Below are positions 61,537 through 64,000 of a stretch of DNA of 64,000 bases, in pieces. The DNA is from an uncultured Actinomycetes bacterium (lineage in GTDB: Bacteria; Actinomycetota; Thermoleophilia; Gaiellales; Gaiellaceae). The translations under genes and the position numbers were made by a program. The stretch covers positions 24,386 through 88,385 of the forward strand of contig CAVWIV010000004.1 in assembly GCA_963755155.1 (NCBI GenBank). Reading direction: 5' to 3'. Below the pieces are notes generated by a model. The model made no database searches. It had not been told where the DNA came from and saw nothing but the letters and a program-made list of their open reading frames with translations. The first letter of the stretch is position 1; each line of letters begins with the position of its first letter.

Positions 61537-62668
61537 CCGTCTCGGTCGCGCAGCTCCGGCGATTCCTCGTCGCGCACCACGGATACGCGACGCGGGCACG
61601 GACGTCGAAGGCCGCGGACGTGGCGGGCGAGATCCGGCGGCTGTCGGCCGTGCAGCTCGACTCCATCTCGACGGTCGATCGCGCTCACAGGCTCACGCTC
61701 ACCTCGCGACTCGGCTGGTACAAGGCGGGCACCGTCTCGCAGCTGCTCGGCGAGGGCCGGATCTTCGAGTACTGGGCGCACGAGGCATGTCTCGTGCCCA
61801 TCGAGGACTACCCGCTCTTCAAGCGGCGCATGGTGCATCTCGCGGATGCGCACTGGTGGGGCCGCAAGCGCCAGGACCGCGAGACGGAGAAGCATGTGCT
61901 CGACGCGATTCGCGAGCGCGGCGCGCTGCCATCGCGTGCGTTCGAGGGCAAGAGCGATGCGAGCTCGATGTGGAGCTGGAAGCCGGCGAAGGGCGCGCTC
62001 GAGCATCTCTTCGCCGCCGGCGAGCTCGCCATCGCCGGACGCGACGGCTTCCAGCGCGTCTACGACCTGCCGGAGCGCGTCATCCCGCGGGAGCTCCTCG
62101 ACGCGCCGACGCCGTCGGAGGAGGAGTTCCGGCGCGGCTACGTGCTCCGCGCGGTCGAGGGTCGCGGCGCGATCACGGAGCGCGGCATCGCCGAGCACTG
62201 CCGGTTTCGCGGCGGGGCGACGGCGATCCGCCCGATCGTCGACGGGCTCGTCGAGGACGGTCTCGTGCGGCGCGTGGCCGTGGACGACGACGGGCCGCCG
62301 GTGGTCGTCGCGGCCGGAGTCGAGGTGGACGGGCGCGCGTCGCGCGGCGGCGTGCTCGTCTCACCCTTCGACAGCCTGCTCTGGGACAAGCCGTTCGTCG
62401 AGCGCGTCTTCGGCTTCCAGCCGCTGATCGAGGTGTACAAGAGAGAGCCCGACCGGATCTACGGCTACTACGTGCTGCCGTTCCTGCTCGGCGACCGCTT
62501 CGCCGGCCGCGCGGACCTCAAGGCCGACCGGCGCGAGGGCGTCCTCCGCGTGAAGGCGTTCCACGTCGAGCCCGGCGTCCGGCGCGTCGAAGCGGCTCGA
62601 CGAGGCGCTTCGACCGCGCGCTCGCGCGGCTGGCTCGCGGCATCGGCCTGGAGCGAGTGGAGCGATGA
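61533..62668 (+). CDS. YcaQ/AlkZ-like winged-helix (HTH_42/DUF1006) protein, copy 1; about two inferred frame breaks (about 62583, 62608)
   Basis: TTG overlaps the GST stop. Contains RLSAVQLDSISTVDRAHRLTLTSRL, FEYWAHEACLVP, LVSPFDSLLWDKPFVERVFGFQPLIEVYKREPDRIYGYYVLPFLLGDRFAGRADLKADR. The tail SKRLDEA / FDRALARLARGIGLERVER is in the other two frames. Confidence 0.82.
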
Positions 62669-63656
62669 GGCTCGTCTCGCCGGAGGAAGCACGGCGGATC
62701 GCAGTTCGCTCGCAGCTCCTCGACGGGTCGGCGTCATCTGTTCTCGACACCGTGCGGCGGCTCGGCTTCCTCCAGATCGACCCGATCTCGACGGTCGCGC
62801 CTCCTCAGCACCTCGTGCTCTTCAGTCGGCTCGGCTCGAGCTACGACCCCGCCGAGCTCGACCGGCTGCTCTGGGAGGAGAAGCAGCTCTTCGAGTACGT
62901 CGCCTACATCCGGCCGATGGAGGATCTGCCGCTGATCTACGCTCGGATGCAGCGGCGGCGAGGGAACAAGTACGCCCACGAGCGCCGCGGCAACGAGTTC
63001 CTGAAGGCGAACGCGCGCTACAAGCGCGCTGTGCTCCGCGAGCTCGAGCAGTCGGGGCCGCTGCTGTCGCGAGAGATCGCAGGCAGCGCCGTCAGGACCT
63101 GGACGTCGCACGGCTGGTACGGGAACCGCAACGTCGCCGTGCTGCTCGAGATGCTCCACGGGCGCGGTGTCGTAGCGGTCGTCGGCCGTCGTAACGGCCA
63201 GCGGCTCTGGGATCTCGCGGAGCGCTGGTATCCGGAGATCGAGCCCGTCCCGGGGCGCGAGGCGGAGCAGATCCTCGCCGAGCGCCGCTTCCGCGCGCAG
63301 GGCGTGCGGCTGACGAAGAAGGGCTGGGAGGCCCATCCCGACGCGACGGACGATCCGGTCCCTGACCGCGCGACGCTGCTCTCGCCGTTCGATCGCCTGA
63401 TCCACGACCGCGACCGCGCAGAGGCTCTGTGGGACTTCTTCTACCGCCTCGAGATGTACGTGCCGAAGGCGAAGCGCGAGTACGGCTACTACGTGCTGCC
63501 GCTGCTCGTCGGCGACCGACTCGTCGGCCGCGCCGAGCCGGTCTTCGACCGCAAGACGAAGACACTCGAGCTGCGCGGCGCCTGGGGCGACACGTCCCGC
63601 CTGGACGAGGCCCTGCGCGACCTCGGGTGTGGCTGGGCGCGGATACCATCCGCTGA
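62665..63656 (+). CDS. YcaQ/AlkZ-like winged-helix (HTH_42/DUF1006) protein, copy 2; one inferred frame break near 63625
   Basis: The ATG overlaps the copy-1 stop (ATGA). Contains LGFLQIDPISTVAPPQHLVLFSRL, LLSPFDRLIHDRDRAEALWDFFYRLEMYVPKAKREYGYYVLPLLVGDRLVGRAEPVFDR. The end VWLGADTIR is in the adjacent frame, stopping at 63654-56. Confidence 0.82.
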
Positions 63657-64000
63657 TGGACTTCGAGACGCGCGCCATCCACGAGGGCCAGGAGCCGGAT
63701 CCGGCGACCGGCTCGGTGACGGTGCCGATCTACCAGACGTCGACGTACGCGCAGGAGGAGGTCGGCGTCCACAAGGGCTACGACTACTCGCGCGTCGCGA
63801 ACCCGACGCGCACTGCCCTCCAGACCTGTCTCGCGTCGCTCGAGGGCGCCGACCACGGCATCGCGTTCTCGTCGGGCCTCGGCGCGACGACGACGATCAT
63901 GCATCTCGTCTCGCCGGGTGAGCGCGTCGTGTCGGTGAACGACGTCTACGGCGGCGTCTACCGGATGTTCTCGCAGGTGTACGAGCCGAAGGGCTACGCG
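63656..64000 (+). CDS. Cys/Met-metabolism PLP enzyme (cystathionine gamma-lyase/gamma-synthase family), N-terminal part; continues beyond window
   Basis: MDFETRAIHEGQEPDPATGSVTVPIYQTSTY...YDYSRVANPTR..L...LASLEG...AFSSGLGA. The ATG overlaps the preceding stop (TGATG). Confidence 0.85.
   Translation, partial: MDFETRAIHEGQEPDPATGSVTVPIYQTSTYAQEEVGVHKGYDYSRVANPTRTALQTCLASLEGADHGIAFSSGLGATTTIMHLVSPGERVVSVNDVYGGVYRMFSQVYEPKGYA

Overview
Very GC-rich (about 70% by eye) chromosomal segment with Actinomycetota-like gene content. Genes are tightly packed, with many 1-4 nt ATGA/GTGA start-stop overlaps. I place about 75 protein genes, two tRNAs and a few hairpins or operators. I found no rRNA, CRISPR array, transposase or integrase.

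Main content, in order:
- secG followed by tRNA-Leu(GAG).
- A co-directional block: tandem GNAT, methylmalonyl-CoA mutase catalytic subunit, secreted PHM/DBH-like copper monooxygenase carrying a CxxCH motif, GT4 glycosyltransferase.
- A MoaD-MoaE fusion, an M50 protease plus LOG protein, a DD-carboxypeptidase and punA.
- A selenocysteine operon, selA-(O-methyltransferase)-selB, with tRNA-Sec (selC) about 9 kb further on.
- A nuclease / STAS / lipoprotein / Ser-Thr kinase group, and an XRE regulator coupled to a membrane protein.
- dinB divergent from a DnaQ-exonuclease/GIY-YIG fusion.
- rpsF-ssb-rpsR-rplI-dnaB, purA, fdhD-mobA.
- Nearly the whole de novo purine pathway (purD, E, B, C, S, Q ... 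purL, F ... purM, N, H), split by a roughly 10 kb block of accessory-type genes.
- A 968-aa coiled-coil protein with an N-terminal tandem MshEN-type c-di-GMP motif pair.
- cbs, a GST, two tandem YcaQ/AlkZ-like genes and the start of a cystathionine gamma-lyase/synthase gene.

Major caveat: about 40 genes or gene parts only make sense if a single-base frame change is allowed. This includes dnaB, rpsF and most pur genes. I read these as consensus indel errors, not pseudogenes, so many long ORFs in the supplied track are chimeras and my coordinates for those genes span the inferred breaks.

The most unusual items are the MshEN-coiled-coil protein, the heme-motif-bearing copper monooxygenase and the methyltransferase embedded in the sel operon. 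All functional calls rest on motif recognition by eye. No database search was run.
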